Positions 30,938 through 41,751 of a stretch of 64,000 nt of DNA are shown in pieces. Positions within the stretch are counted from its first letter, which is position 1, and each line of letters opens with the position of its first letter. The stretch lies in assembly GCA_963835065.1 (NCBI GenBank), contig CAWIEK010000068.1, positions 93,986 through 157,985 of the forward strand, read 5' to 3'. The notes beneath the pieces were generated by a model, which saw only the letters and a program-made list of their open reading frames with translations, had not been told where the DNA came from and did not search any database. The DNA comes from an uncultured Chthonomonadaceae bacterium. Its GTDB lineage: Bacteria; Armatimonadota; Chthonomonadetes; Chthonomonadales; Chthonomonadaceae. The translations under genes and the position numbers were made by a program.

Positions 30938-32710
30938 ATGAATTCTGCTCACGCATCTCCTGACGTCGTTCCTCATGCGCAAGCGCATGAGGAACACGAC
31001 GCGCATAATACTTCACATACACATCATGGCAAGCATCGCAACCATCCCGCGCAGGAACCGCCTGCCGGTCCGGGCAAGCGGGTTGTCAGCGCGCTTGCCG
31101 GTGTTGCGCTTGTCGGCAGCTTGCTGGCGCTTGGTATTATGCCGCGCCTGAAACAGCAAAAGAAACTGGACGCGATGGCTGTTGTGGAACACGACTCGGT
31201 CACGCCCGTCAATGTTGTTCTGCCGGAGTATACAAAGGGCGGCGGAGAAATCGTACTGCCCGGCAACATTCAGGCGGTGGAAGAAACGACTATCAATGCG
31301 CGGACAGGTGGCTATCTGCGGCATCGGTTTGTTGACATCGGCTCCCGCGTGAAAGCGGGGCAGCTTCTGGCCGAAATCGAAGCGCCCGAAGTGGACGAGC
31401 AGTTAATGCAGGCGCGAGCGGAAACGTCGAAATCGCAGGCGGGGGGCGAGCAGGCGCAGGCCGATGTTGCGCGCTTGCAGGCCAATGTCGCGCAGGCACA
31501 GGCGGAACTGGCCCGCGCCGAGTCCAACCGGGAAGCGGCCCGCGCTGACCTTGCACATGCCAAAGCCAAAGAGCTGGAATCGGAAAGCGCCTTAGCGCAA
31601 TCGCAGGCGCTGCTGGCGCAGACCCGCAAAAAAATCAATGCCCGCAAAGCCGATCAGGAGCGGGCGCGGACGCGCTACGCGCTTGCGGAGAAAACGTGGA
31701 AGCGCTGGCAGCAACTGGCAAAAGGCGGAGCGGTTTCGGGGCAGGAATTGGATGAAACGCAGGCCGCTTTTGAAACCGCGCAGTCGAGTGTGACCGGCGC
31801 GCAGGCCGATGTCGAGTCCGCGCAGGCGGATGTGGAAGCGGCGCAGGCGAACGTCGGTTCGCGACAGGGCGATGTGGCGGCTGCGCAGGCCGATGTTTCC
31901 GCCGCGCAGGAAAAAGTCAGCGCGGCACAGTCCGCTATTTTGTCCAGTCAGGCCAGTATTCGCGCAATGCAGGCGGCGGTCACGGCCAGTCAGTCCAATG
32001 TCCGGGCGGCACAGGCGACGATTGCTTCCAGCAAAGCAGGCGTCAACCGCTACGCCGCGCTGAAAAGTTTCGAGCGCATTACCGCGCCCTTTAACGGCGT
32101 GATTACCGCCCGCAACGTGGACACGGGCGCGCTGATTAACGCGGGCAGCAGTACGAGCGCGTCCAATGACCCGACCAGCACGGTTCCCCATTCCGGCCTG
32201 TTCGGGATTGCCCGGACGGATGTGCTGCGCATTCAGGTCAACGTGCCGGAAGCCAGCATAGACACTATCAAGGCGGGACAAACGGCGCGGGTGACGGTTC
32301 AGGAGAAGCCGGGGCGCGTGTTTACGGGCGTGGTATCGCGCACGGCGGGGGCATTGGACGCCGGTTCGCGCACCCTGCTTACCGAAATACGCCTTGCCAA
32401 TCCCGACAACGCGCTGATACCCGGCATGTACGCGCAGGTGGAATTCGCCGGCAAGCAGGCCAAACCGCTCTTGCGCGTCCCAGCCGACACGCTCATCATT
32501 GACGGGCAGGGAACGCGGGTCGCCACCGTGACGAAGAACAACAAGCTGCACTTCAAGACCGTGCGCCTGGGCCGCGATTACGGCAAGGAAGTGGAAATTA
32601 CACAGGGAATCGCCGCAAACGACCCACTTGTAGAAAACCCTACGGATGATTTGCAGGAAGGCATGCCCGTGCAGGTGGTATCGAATGGAAAGCAGACTCG
32701 TGACAAATAG
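30938..32710 (+). CDS. RND periplasmic adaptor (MFP) with long coiled coil
   Basis: INARTGGYL..VDIGSRVKAGQLL, ITAPFNGVIT, LIPGMYAQV. Confidence 0.9.
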   Translation: MNSAHASPDVVPHAQAHEEHDAHNTSHTHHGKHRNHPAQEPPAGPGKRVVSALAGVALVGSLLALGIMPRLKQQKKLDAMAVVEHDSVTPVNVVLPEYTKGGGEIVLPGNIQAVEETTINARTGGYLRHRFVDIGSRVKAGQLLAEIEAPEVDEQLMQARAETSKSQAGGEQAQADVARLQANVAQAQAELARAESNREAARADLAHAKAKELESESALAQSQALLAQTRKKINARKADQERARTRYALAEKTWKRWQQLAKGGAVSGQELDETQAAFETAQSSVTGAQADVESAQADVEAAQANVGSRQGDVAAAQADVSAAQEKVSAAQSAILSSQASIRAMQAAVTASQSNVRAAQATIASSKAGVNRYAALKSFERITAPFNGVITARNVDTGALINAGSSTSASNDPTSTVPHSGLFGIARTDVLRIQVNVPEASIDTIKAGQTARVTVQEKPGRVFTGVVSRTAGALDAGSRTLLTEIRLANPDNALIPGMYAQVEFAGKQAKPLLRVPADTLIIDGQGTRVATVTKNNKLHFKTVRLGRDYGKEVEITQGIAANDPLVENPTDDLQEGMPVQVVSNGKQTRDK

Positions 32711-34424
32711 AAGGTTAAAAGATAAAAGAATTGTAGGCGCGCTCGTTTTGATGTTTTTCGGGGCAAACACCGTAAGCGCGCAAACGGCTCCGTCAGACAC
32801 AAAGCAACCCACAAAGCAGGATACAAAATCAGAGCAGGGCGGTGCGCCCTCCCTCGGCGTCACGCTGCTGCCGCAGGACGCGCCGCCGACGGGGCTGCAA
32901 ACGCCCGTGCCGTCACCGGCGTTTGCTATGCCGCGCCCGGACAAGCCTGCCGCCAAATCGCCCGCGCTGCTTGATCTGGAAGCCCGCCTGTCGGAACAGC
33001 CCCTGACGCTTAACGACGCCGTTGCGATTGCCCTTGCCACCAACCCGCAGCTGGCGCTTTCCACGACAGCCTTGTATCGGGCGGAAGGGCGTACATCGGA
33101 AGTTCGCGCCGCGCTGAACCCCAATGTGGGCGTTTCCGTCGGGCCGACGTTTCTTGCCAACTCGCTGCAGCCGGGTGGAACCGCTGTGACTGCGATTCCG
33201 TTCGATGTTTCGGGCGCGCTGCGGGCGGCGACAAGTCAGGCGCAGTTTCAGGAAGTGGCGATGCGGCTGGACATCAACCGGGCGCGCAACCAGATCGTGT
33301 ACAACGTGAAAGGGGCGTTTTACAGCGTTTTGCGCTCCGAAGCTTTGGTAGGCGTGGCGACCGAAAACCTGCAAAACTCGCTGGACAGATTGAAGTTCGC
33401 CAATACGCGCTATCAGACACAAACGGTAGCGTATTTTGATGTCGTCCGGGCGCAGACGGATGTGGCAAACGCGCAAAAACTGGTGCTGCAAGCCCGCAAC
33501 GGCGTGAGCCTGAATACGGGCTACCTGAACAACGCCATCGGCCTTGATGTGACCACGCCCCTGCGCATTTCAGCCCGGGACGCCGTTGCCGAGCCGCCGG
33601 GCGTACTTCCGCCTTCGGTTACGCCCCTGACGCCACAAAGTGACGTGCCACCCTCCGGCACAGGCAACGGAGCCATCCCGCCCGCGCCCCTGCCGGAAAC
33701 CATCGCCGCGCAAAACCAGAATCTGACCGCGCCGCGCCCGGAGTTTGTGATTGACCAGGCGCTGACGCTCGGCCCCGAATTCGCGCCCCTGCTGAAAGAA
33801 GCGCTTGCCACCCGCCCGGAAGTGCTGGAAGGGGATGCGCAGCTCGCCGCCGCGCGGCGCGGCATACAGTACGCGCGCCGCAGTCAATTGCCGAGTGTGG
33901 CCCTGACATTCGGGTACTACGACGTGCGCAACTCGACGGGCAATCGCCGCATTGATGAGCCGGAAGCGGGCATTGCGCTGACGCTGCCGATTTTTGATGG
34001 CGGACTGGCGCGGGCGCGAACGCAGCAGGCGCGGGCGGACGAGGCGACGGCCATTACCAACAAGCGGCAGGCTATTGACAGCGTGACGCTGGACGTGCAG
34101 CAGGCGTATCTCAATCTCGTGCAGGCGCGGGATCAGGTGGCGGTAGCAAATCAGGCGCTGTCGCAGGCGCGGGCGTCTTTCCAACTGGCGCGCGTCCGCT
34201 ATACGGCGGGCGTGGCGCGAACGGGCATTTCGCCCCTGCTGGAAGTCAGCGACGCGCAGGCCGCGCTCACGCAAGCGGAAACCAATCAGGTCAACGCTAT
34301 TTACGATTACAACCAGAGCCGCGCCCAGTTAGACCGCGCTGTGGGGCGTTTCTCATATGTCCCGACCGGGCCGGGCTATCCCCGCGTTCCCGCCCCAGGC
34401 ATACTGGGTCTCGCCAGCAAATAA
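32700..34424 (+). CDS. TolC family outer membrane efflux protein
   Basis: LTLNDAVAIALATNP, LPIFDGG, LEVSDAQ, LDRAVG; start codon approximate. Confidence 0.9.
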   Translation: MTNRRLKDKRIVGALVLMFFGANTVSAQTAPSDTKQPTKQDTKSEQGGAPSLGVTLLPQDAPPTGLQTPVPSPAFAMPRPDKPAAKSPALLDLEARLSEQPLTLNDAVAIALATNPQLALSTTALYRAEGRTSEVRAALNPNVGVSVGPTFLANSLQPGGTAVTAIPFDVSGALRAATSQAQFQEVAMRLDINRARNQIVYNVKGAFYSVLRSEALVGVATENLQNSLDRLKFANTRYQTQTVAYFDVVRAQTDVANAQKLVLQARNGVSLNTGYLNNAIGLDVTTPLRISARDAVAEPPGVLPPSVTPLTPQSDVPPSGTGNGAIPPAPLPETIAAQNQNLTAPRPEFVIDQALTLGPEFAPLLKEALATRPEVLEGDAQLAAARRGIQYARRSQLPSVALTFGYYDVRNSTGNRRIDEPEAGIALTLPIFDGGLARARTQQARADEATAITNKRQAIDSVTLDVQQAYLNLVQARDQVAVANQALSQARASFQLARVRYTAGVARTGISPLLEVSDAQAALTQAETNQVNAIYDYNQSRAQLDRAVGRFSYVPTGPGYPRVPAPGILGLASK

Positions 34425-34465
34425 CGCCTTTCTGAACTTATCCCTTATCCCTCACCACTTATCCC

Positions 34466-35573
34466 TTAAAGCGTGGATTGCCAGTCCTTAATCGCCGTGA
34501 CGGTTTGCGGCGTCCAGGTCGGGCCATCTACGCGGGGGCCATCGGGAGTCCAGAGCAGTTTGTCCAGGCACAGGCGGCGCTGCATCATGCCCGCGTCCCA
34601 GGCGTGGTAGACCATGTATTCGGTTTGGCGGTCGGGGCCGATGATGAACGAGTTGTGTCCCGGCCCGATGGCGTGTCCGGGCGCGGTGCGCAGGACGCGC
34701 GCTCCCGCTTCGTTGCCTGCGTCAGAATATGGCCCCATCGGATGATCGGCCACGCCGTAATCCACGCCATAACTGTCGTTTTCCCACCTCCCGCCGCTGT
34801 AAAAGCAATAATACCGTCCCTCGTGCTTGAGAACGGACGGGCCTTCCAGCGTGTGCCAGTCCCAGATGCCGCCGTACATAGGGCGATCTTTCAAAAACAA
34901 CTGCCAGTCGGAACGCGCCCGCAGCACGGTTCGCGCTTCCCCCGCTAATGTGGTCATGTCCAGCATCCGGTCTACCATCAGCGCGGTTCCCGCCCGCGCG
35001 CCCTCCCGGTTGTCCAGAAAATCCTGCGCCCAGAACAGATACCAGGTTCCGTCCTCGTCTTGAAACGGGTGCGCGTCAATGGCAAAGGGTACGGTATGCG
35101 GATTGACGAGGGTTTTGCCCAGGTCAGTATACGGTCCCATCGGGTGATTGCTGGCCGCCACGCGCAGTTGGTGGTTTTTGTCCTCAAAACCGACGGAATA
35201 ATACATATAAAAGCTGCCGTCGTCATACGCCACTTCGGGCGCCCAGAACGACTCGCCCAAAGCCGCAGTCAGGCCGGGTCAACGCGCCGCCTACCGCGCG
35301 CCATGTCACAAAATCATCGGAGCGCAGCAGGGGAAACACGCGCATGTGTCCTTGCAGCGAGGAGGACACTTCTTCCGCCCGTGTTACCTGTCCACTCGCT
35401 TCCAATGGCCCCGTGCCGACCGCATAATACTCGCCCTTGTGCTGCCACACGAACGGATCGGCAAAGTAGCTGCTGTACACGGGGTTGGTATATGTCCGCG
35501 TTTCCACACTGTCAGGCGTACGCATCGGCGGTTCGACAGGCGGCGGGTCCGAAAAATTCCCAAAAAGACTCAT
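34466..35573 (-). CDS. Glycoside hydrolase family 43 (frameshift near 35267)
   Basis: YFADPFV, FWAPEV, AIDAHPF, TLEGP, GPGHNS. Confidence 0.88.
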
Positions 35574-35644
35574 GCGGCGTCTCCTTACATCATCAACGTT
35601 TGTTTTGCTATGCTACGCCAAAGCGCGAGAGGGAGTTGCGAAAA

Positions 35645-36313
35645 TCAAATTTTTCTTGATAGAGTGGAAGCGAGGAGGGCAAACGCGAGGCTGACGCCGG
35701 AAAGAACCATGACGAGGAGGCCGGCAAGCCGCTCGTCGCCCGCGTTGTAAGCGTCGTAGATCATCAGGGACAGGGTGCGGGTCTGGCCGGGAATGCTGCC
35801 GCCTACCATCAGGGTCGCGCCGAAATCCCCAAGCGCGCGGGCGAACGCCAGCCCGATACCCGCAATCACGCCATGCCGGGCAAGCGGAAGCGCAATCAGG
35901 CGAAACACCTGCCACTCACTCGCGCCGAATACGCGGGCGGCGTCCAGCAGGTCGGCGTCAACATCGGTAAACCCGGCTTGCGCCGTCCGCACAAGCAGGG
36001 GCAGGCTGACAATACAGGCGGCAAGCGTCGCGCCCTGCCAGGTAAAGACGAGATGCAGGTCATGCCCGGTTAGCGCGTGAAAGCCCATCGCCATTCGAGA
36101 CTCCGCGCCAAGAGTGGTCAGCAGATAATAGCCCAGCACAGTCGGGGGCAGAATCAGGGGCAGCACGACAAGGCTTTCCCACAGGGCGCGTCCGGGAACG
36201 CGCCGACGCGACAAGCCCCACGCCAGCGGCAGCCCAATCAGCAGCGACAGCAACGTGGCGCAGCCGGCAATGCGCAGGGACAGCCACAGGGCAATCAGCA
36301 GGTCGTCGGTCAT
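35645..36313 (-). CDS. modB: Molybdate ABC transporter permease
   Basis: LPLILPPTVLGYYLL, FARALGDFGAT.MVGGSIPGQT. Confidence 0.93.
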   Translation of the reverse strand: MTDDLLIALWLSLRIAGCATLLSLLIGLPLAWGLSRRRVPGRALWESLVVLPLILPPTVLGYYLLTTLGAESRMAMGFHALTGHDLHLVFTWQGATLAACIVSLPLLVRTAQAGFTDVDADLLDAARVFGASEWQVFRLIALPLARHGVIAGIGLAFARALGDFGATLMVGGSIPGQTRTLSLMIYDAYNAGDERLAGLLVMVLSGVSLAFALLASTLSRKI

Positions 36314-37116
36314 GGAAGGGAGAAACCATACTTCTTAAGTATCGCCTGTCCATCACGGCCTGTGATAAAATCAACGAAGCGGCGGGCGAGGGGCGCGTGG
36401 GCGGAAGATTGGAGAGCGGCAATAGTCTGCCGGAGGGGGGCGTACAATTTGTCGGGAATGGGCGCGGATTTGCCTTTCCCGTCCATCGTCAGGGAACGGG
36501 ATACGAGGGCTATGTCCGCGTTGCCGCTGGCCGCGAACTGGTACGCCTGCTGAATGTTTTCGCCGTACACCAGTTTGGATTGTACCTTTGCCCAAACCCC
36601 GGCGGCTTCCAGCGCTTGTTTTGCGGCCAGGCCATAGGGCGCGTGCTGCGGGTTGGCAATGGCGATATGGGCGTAGCGCGGGTTGTCAAGGTCGGCAAGC
36701 GCGGCAGGCAGGGCAGGGCCATTACTCCGCGTCCACATTACCAGCTTGCCCATCGCGTAAACGTGCCGCGTGTTGGGCAACAGAAGATGTTTCTGATCCA
36801 GGCGGGCCACATAGTCTTCATTGGCGGCGGCGAACACGTCATACGGAGCGCCGTTTTCGATCTGCTGCGCAAGCTGCCCGCTCGACCCGAAAATCAGGGT
36901 GACTTTCTGCCCCGTCTGCTTCTCGAATACGCGCCCTGCTTCCGTAAACGCGCGCGTCAAATCGGCGGCGGCAGCCACGCGCAGTTCCCCGCCCGTCTGC
37001 GCCCCGCTTTTTCCACAAGCCAGCAGGCACAGGCAGAGCATAAAACCTATTTGCCTTATCCAAACCCACATCCGCCGATTATGCGCCATTCTTTTCATGC
37101 TCCGCCTGTTCCCCAT
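36310..37116 (-). CDS. modA: Molybdate ABC transporter substrate-binding protein
   Basis: VAAAADL, FGSSGQLAQQIENGAPYDVF, ANPQHAPYG, GENI; start may be a few codons later. Confidence 0.93.
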   Translation of the reverse strand: MGNRRSMKRMAHNRRMWVWIRQIGFMLCLCLLACGKSGAQTGGELRVAAAADLTRAFTEAGRVFEKQTGQKVTLIFGSSGQLAQQIENGAPYDVFAAANEDYVARLDQKHLLLPNTRHVYAMGKLVMWTRSNGPALPAALADLDNPRYAHIAIANPQHAPYGLAAKQALEAAGVWAKVQSKLVYGENIQQAYQFAASGNADIALVSRSLTMDGKGKSAPIPDKLYAPLRQTIAALQSSAHAPLARRFVDFITGRDGQAILKKYGFSLP

Positions 37117-37212
37117 TTGCGTTTATTCGCGTGTATTTGCGGCTAATATCTTTTTCCGTGTCTCATTATACTTCTATTTTGGGGTGGACTGCGCAATGTG
37201 TCTATACGCGGC

Positions 37213-37251
37213 AACGCCCCTCAATGTGAAGGACACATTAAGGGGCGTTTT
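37213..37251. terminator. Terminator hairpin after prepilin operon 1
   Basis: AACGCCCCTCAATGTG..CACATTAAGGGGCGTT. Confidence 0.55.
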
Positions 37252-37322
37252 GCTTTTAGCGGCGGGCTGCTGCCGGTTTGACTGACTCTTTGAATTTGCT
37301 ACTTTCAACAGGCGCGTAGGCG

Positions 37323-37565
37323 TCAATCGCCGGTGCGTTCGCTGCCTGCGGCTTTGGCGGCTGCCGGGTCTGTTCCGGCTGCCTGCCCGGCGGCTTGCTT
37401 GGCGATGTTCGCGCGTTTGATTTCGCCTTCATTCTGCATGTTCGGCGGGGGAATCGTGGCTTCCGGCGGATGCGGCGCAAGCGCGCGCATTGCGAAGCCA
37501 ATCAACACTATGACGGCGACAACGCCAACAATAATCAGAACGATGGGACTAACCTCTTTTTTCAT
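37323..37565 (-). CDS. Small single-TM protein coupled to prepilin gene 1
   Basis: [16 protein letters not shown]...; TGATG stop/start overlap. Confidence 0.8.
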   Translation of the reverse strand: MKKEVSPIVLIIVGVVAVIVLIGFAMRALAPHPPEATIPPPNMQNEGEIKRANIAKQAAGQAAGTDPAAAKAAGSERTGD

Positions 37566-38449
37566 CAGCGGTAGCCTTTGCCTCCACACAGCGCTTGCGA
37601 TTGTGGGTCGTCTGCGAGGGGGTCCCAATACACATGCGCCGAATTGTAGTTGACGCACTCGCCGGTTCCGCCCGCGCTATAAAGCTGATCCGCGACAATC
37701 AGGGTGTTGGCGCGGGGATAGAACTTGGTATGGCCGTCCAGAAAGCCGATGTTAGTGCCGCCCTGATGCCGCGAGGCTGTCGCGCCGATTTCATTGATGG
37801 CGGGATTGCGCTGCGGATCAATAAACCAGCTTTTGCCGCTCGCAACGGTAGGATCAACCGGTACGCTGTCTCCAAACATGACCGTTTGCGAGGGATAAGG
37901 GAAGAGGGGCAGGGAGAAAAACTGCCCGGTACGGCTGGTGCAGTTGCCACAGTAGGGATTGCTGTCCACGGGATTTGTATAGCAGCCCCACCCATTCCAG
38001 CCGATAGTGCCGTCTATATTGATGCCAATGTTAAGCTGGCTGCGGTCTACGCGCGTGTACAAAAGGCCGGTAAAGTTGTAGCCGCCGTAACTTTGGACGA
38101 CTCTGGTTCCCGCGGAGGGGCAGTACGCGACCTGGATGCCTTTCATGTAGGCCTGCATGTAGCCGGTCCATAAGTAGCCGGGCGTACCGCCGTGCGAAGT
38201 GGTGGCCTGGCAGGTAATCGCCCCCTCTTCCAAATCGCCCAGCGTCTCATCGTAATCCTGAATGTACTGCGCGTGGGCGAGGGTAATCTGCTTGATGTTG
38301 GAAATGCACGAAATGGCGCGGGCTTTTTCGCGCGCCTGCGCGAAGACAGGGAACAGAATGGCGGCGAGAATCGCGATAATGGCGATCACGACGAGCAGTT
38401 CAATCAGCGTGAAAGCGGACGGCTTTCGAGAAAAAAGGCGTTGCTGCAT
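37565..38449 (-). CDS. Prepilin-type N-methylation / DUF1559 / H-X9-DG protein
   Basis: [47 protein letters not shown]. Confidence 0.92.
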   Translation of the reverse strand: MQQRLFSRKPSAFTLIELLVVIAIIAILAAILFPVFAQAREKARAISCISNIKQITLAHAQYIQDYDETLGDLEEGAITCQATTSHGGTPGYLWTGYMQAYMKGIQVAYCPSAGTRVVQSYGGYNFTGLLYTRVDRSQLNIGINIDGTIGWNGWGCYTNPVDSNPYCGNCTSRTGQFFSLPLFPYPSQTVMFGDSVPVDPTVASGKSWFIDPQRNPAINEIGATASRHQGGTNIGFLDGHTKFYPRANTLIVADQLYSAGGTGECVNYNSAHVYWDPLADDPQSQALCGGKGYR

Positions 38450-38702
38450 AAGTCTGAACTCCTTGAAGGATTCCTGCCGGAAGCGTAAAGCCGGGGCAGA
38501 GCGATTGCAGTTGCCGAACAGGAAAAACGTTGTCCGCATTGAGCAATCGGCAACAGCGCCGGGGAAGAGGAAAAACATCTTACGAACACAGCCTTGTGTT
38601 TGTGGTTCCGGTTCAAGCAACAGAGTAAGCGTTAGTATAGCAGGCATCTGGTATAAATACAAGTCACCGGGCAGATTTTACAGGGACGGCGCAAGGAAAG
38701 GT

Positions 38703-38731
38703 TTGACAACGTGGAATAACCTTGTCATAAT
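38703..38731 (+). promoter_or_regulatory. Sigma70 promoter with overlapping dyad TGACAA-N12-TTGTCA
   Basis: TTGACA-17-CATAAT upstream of the second VapC module. Confidence 0.7.
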
Positions 38732-38773
38732 AGACGCTATGCCGCGTGAGGCTGCGTATCGGAGGATAGAATT

Positions 38774-39034
38774 ATGGCTCTTTTAGACGTTCCCAAAGTT
38801 CCACAGGAAGCAAAAACTACGCCATCAGGTGTTGACGCAGGTGTTGATACAAATGCTCAACAGGAAGAGAGTGAGCAACGCTTAGATGCGATCCAAGCCT
38901 TTTCTCTTGAAGGAACTCCTTCGCGCCGCAAACGTGGATGGGCAGCAACTATCGGCACATTGGACGCGAACCCACTTGTTCAAGAAATAGTCGAAGCAGG
39001 AGCCTGTATTCGTCAATCCGAGCGGTTAGATTGA
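38774..39034 (+). CDS. Putative antitoxin
   Basis: GGAGG RBS; TGATG overlap with the PIN gene; KRGW motif shared with 27212..27424. Confidence 0.8.
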   Translation: MALLDVPKVPQEAKTTPSGVDAGVDTNAQQEESEQRLDAIQAFSLEGTPSRRKRGWAATIGTLDANPLVQEIVEAGACIRQSERLD

Positions 39035-39474
39035 TGCTTATTCTCGACACCAATCATATCAATGTCTTTATGCACCCGCATGAACGTCGAGAACGCCTGA
39101 AAAGGCGCTTGCAGGACGCGAAGGGGCATGATGTAGTTACTACCGTAATTACATTGCAGGAAACCTTGGACGGCTGGATATCTAAGGTGAAGAGTGATAT
39201 ACCGGCTCTCAAGCAAGTTCCGTACTATAAGTCCTTGCTGGAACTCACAGCCTTCTTTGCCGAGTGGGACATCCTGCCCTTTGATGAGGCTGCCGCCATG
39301 GAGTTCAACAGACTTAAATCAAGCAAAGTAAAACGAGTCGGCACGATGGATTTGAAGATTGCCGCCATAGCCTTATGCCACAACGCGATTTTGCTGACGG
39401 CAAACATTTCTGAGTTCAGCAATGTTCCGAATTTACGTGTTGAGAACTGGCTTGTAGAGGAGCCGGTTACATAA
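39034..39474 (+). CDS. vapC: VapC family PIN toxin
   Basis: ILDTN, LQE, LPFD, MDLKIAAIA, LTANISEF..VPNLRVENW. Confidence 0.9.
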   Translation: MLILDTNHINVFMHPHERRERLKRRLQDAKGHDVVTTVITLQETLDGWISKVKSDIPALKQVPYYKSLLELTAFFAEWDILPFDEAAAMEFNRLKSSKVKRVGTMDLKIAAIALCHNAILLTANISEFSNVPNLRVENWLVEEPVT

Positions 39475-39514
39475 TATCTTGAACGTTTAATGCGCCGTCA
39501 GTTCACTTTGTCCA

Positions 39515-40697
39515 TTATTTTAGTTGAGTTAAAGTGTCTTTAGTCGGCACGGCCTGATAACTGTGGTCGGCGGGAACGACGTGAAACAGGCTTTTACTTC
39601 CGTTCGGCCAGCGTATCTGAATGGTGTCTGCCACCGTCGCTTTGCCAAGCCCGAAGTGAACTTCGGGCGCGCTGGCGGAAAGGTAACTGCCCCCGGCGCG
39701 AACTTCGGCAATCTGCCTGTGTTTTCCTGCCGTGATTGTGACCTGCGCGCCAACCGCGTCCCACTTTCCCGGCCCGCGCAGGCAGCGCAGCGTCAGCCAG
39801 TGGTTAGCCGGAACGGTCTTCGTTGTGCAGCAGGAGCGGGCTGCCTTCATCATCCACAAACAGCAGGTCAGGCCGTCCGTCACCGTCATAGTCGCCAACC
39901 GCAACGCCCCGCCCGACAATAGCCCGCGTGAAATCCGGCCCGGCTTCCTGGCTTGCGTCCGCAAAATGGCCGTTGCGCAGGTTACGGAACAATTGGGCGC
40001 TTTGAAAATACGCGCTGCCGCGATCTACCTTCTCCACTTCGGACTGCACATGCCCGTTCGCAAAAACAATGTCCAGCCAGCCATCGTTGTCGTAATCTAT
40101 AAAATTCGCGCCGAACGCCAATCTGGTCAGCGAAGCCGCGCCGATGCCGCTGGCATACGTGACATTGGTAAACAGCAGACTGTTTTGCGCCGAAGGCTCC
40201 CGATGATAAAGGCTTTTGGGCTGGCCGGAAAAGTTGGCGACCAGCAGATCAAAACGGCTCTCGTTGTTGTAATCGCCCCAATCCACGCCCATGCCGGATT
40301 GTATCTGCCCGTCCCCTCCATACGCCGTTCCTGATTCCACGCCGATGTTTTTGAAGCGTCCGTTTCCCACATTCAGGTACGGGTCGCAGGGCTTGCCGTC
40401 GTTGGCAACGTATAAGTCGGGCTTGCCGTCCTGATTGATGTCGCAAAACTGGCATGCCAGGCCCGCGCCAGCCGTATCCGACAGCCCGGATTGAGCGGTT
40501 ATGTCCCGGAATTTACCGCTGCCTTCATTGTGGAACAGTCGGCCTTTCAGGGGCGCATACGCGCCGGGGGCACACGCCATCAAGGTTTGCGAGCCGTCCA
40601 GACTTGGAAAGCCACAAAGCTGCTTCGCTGTGGGCGTGAACTGCACGTAACGGCAGATATACACATCTAGTTTGCCATCGCCGTCCACATCCGCCTA
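39515..40697 (-). pseudogene. CRTAC1/ASPIC-UnbV FG-GAP protein, 5'-truncated and frameshifted near 39808
   Basis: DxDGDG repeats, SGMGVDWGD, GGSYLS..EVHFGLG; begins mid-repeat (ADVDGDGKLD) with no signal peptide. Confidence 0.8.
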
Positions 40698-40780
40698 TTA
40701 TCCAATCTTGAGCGTTCAAGAGCAGAAGGCTTAATCCTGCTTCGGGGTCTTATCAATGACTTACTTATGAGACAGCATCA

Positions 40781-40825
40781 AACAGAGCGTTTTGACTGCA
40801 TTACATGCAGTCAAAACGCTCTGTT
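40781..40825. terminator. Perfect 21-bp inverted repeat
   Basis: AACAGAGCGTTTTGACTGCAT-TAC-ATGCAGTCAAAACGCTCTGTT. Confidence 0.6.
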
Positions 40826-40862
40826 AAAGTGTAGGTTTGATGATAAGTCTCAACATCCTACA

Positions 40863-41336
40863 TCACATAGTTGAAACTCCGACAGGGGGCGTGTCAACAA
40901 TGAACACAGTAGTTGGAGTACCACCGGCATCAGGAACCCAGTAGTAAATGACATGGTAGTGGTACTGAAATCAAATGGCTTGCGTACTTGTAGCTATAGG
41001 TTCTATGAGATTACTAAACTCGTATCCCCTATCCATTTGAGTTACCGAACCGTCTCCGTTCGAGTATCCACCATCATCTTGGTTGTACGGGCCACTGTAA
41101 TTCTGAACAGTGCCATCGTCCCACTTCACAGTATCCAAGACAAAGTAAACTGATGTGGACGCATGATAACCGGTTGGCGCTGCCGGGCCAGTTATAGTTA
41201 TTGTGTCAAACCCCGGCTTGGGTGTGCCGTACACGACAGTTACCCATGTATCTGCTGAAGCTCGTTGTACTGTCGCAAACAGGATAAACAGGCTCATTAT
41301 GAGCATCGTCATCTTGACTGATCTCAAAGTAATCAC
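40863..41336 (-). CDS. Low-GC secreted hypothetical protein with in-frame TGA at 40971-40973
   Basis: Signal peptide (RASA-D); frame continues 35 codons past the TGA. Confidence 0.6.
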
Positions 41337-41476
41337 ACTCTTCTCCTTTCGCGAAATAAACCTTTAACAGGTCGTCCGGTAGTATATAACAACATACAGG
41401 ACGTTACGCGGCTTCGATTAACATCACCTCCTCGGATAATAGTGTAAGCATATCTATAACACGGTGGAAAACGTAG

Positions 41477-41528
41477 AAAGTTCCTGCACATAAAATTTTC
41501 AAATGTAAATTTTATGTGCAGGAACTTT
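41477..41528. terminator. 22-bp inverted repeat after prepilin operon 2
   Basis: AAAGTTCCTGCACATAAAATTT..AAATTTTATGTGCAGGAACTTT. Confidence 0.6.
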
Positions 41529-41556
41529 GTGGTATTCCAAGCCCTCGGTAAATTAA

Positions 41557-41742
41557 TTACTTTCCTCCAGGTTCGCTGCCTTTGCCCTGACTAACCGGGT
41601 CGGTATTCAACTTCTGCATTTCCGGGCTAGGAGGGCCGCTGCTGTGACGATTACCCAGCGTAAAGTAGCCGATGAGAACGACGATGAGAAGCACTCCGGC
41701 AATTGCCGCGATGATGACTTTATTGTCAACTTGGTTTTTCAT
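41557..41742 (-). CDS. Small single-TM protein following prepilin gene 2
   Basis: MKNQVDNKVIIAAIAGVLL...; same layout as 37323..37565. Confidence 0.8.
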   Translation of the reverse strand: MKNQVDNKVIIAAIAGVLLIVVLIGYFTLGNRHSSGPPSPEMQKLNTDPVSQGKGSEPGGK

Positions 41743-41751
41743 GTGTCCTCT

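Noticed and set aside
29651..33160. Long antisense ORFs (451 and 522 aa) and similar ones opposite sucA and atpD
   Set aside because: Shadow frames of GC-rich genes with clear function on the other strand.
37117..37320. Molybdenum cofactor riboswitch upstream of modA
   Set aside because: Only a terminator hairpin and a decamer repeat are visible; no recognisable motif.
40971..40973. Selenocysteine codon
   Set aside because: No redox-motif context and no obvious SECIS hairpin directly downstream.
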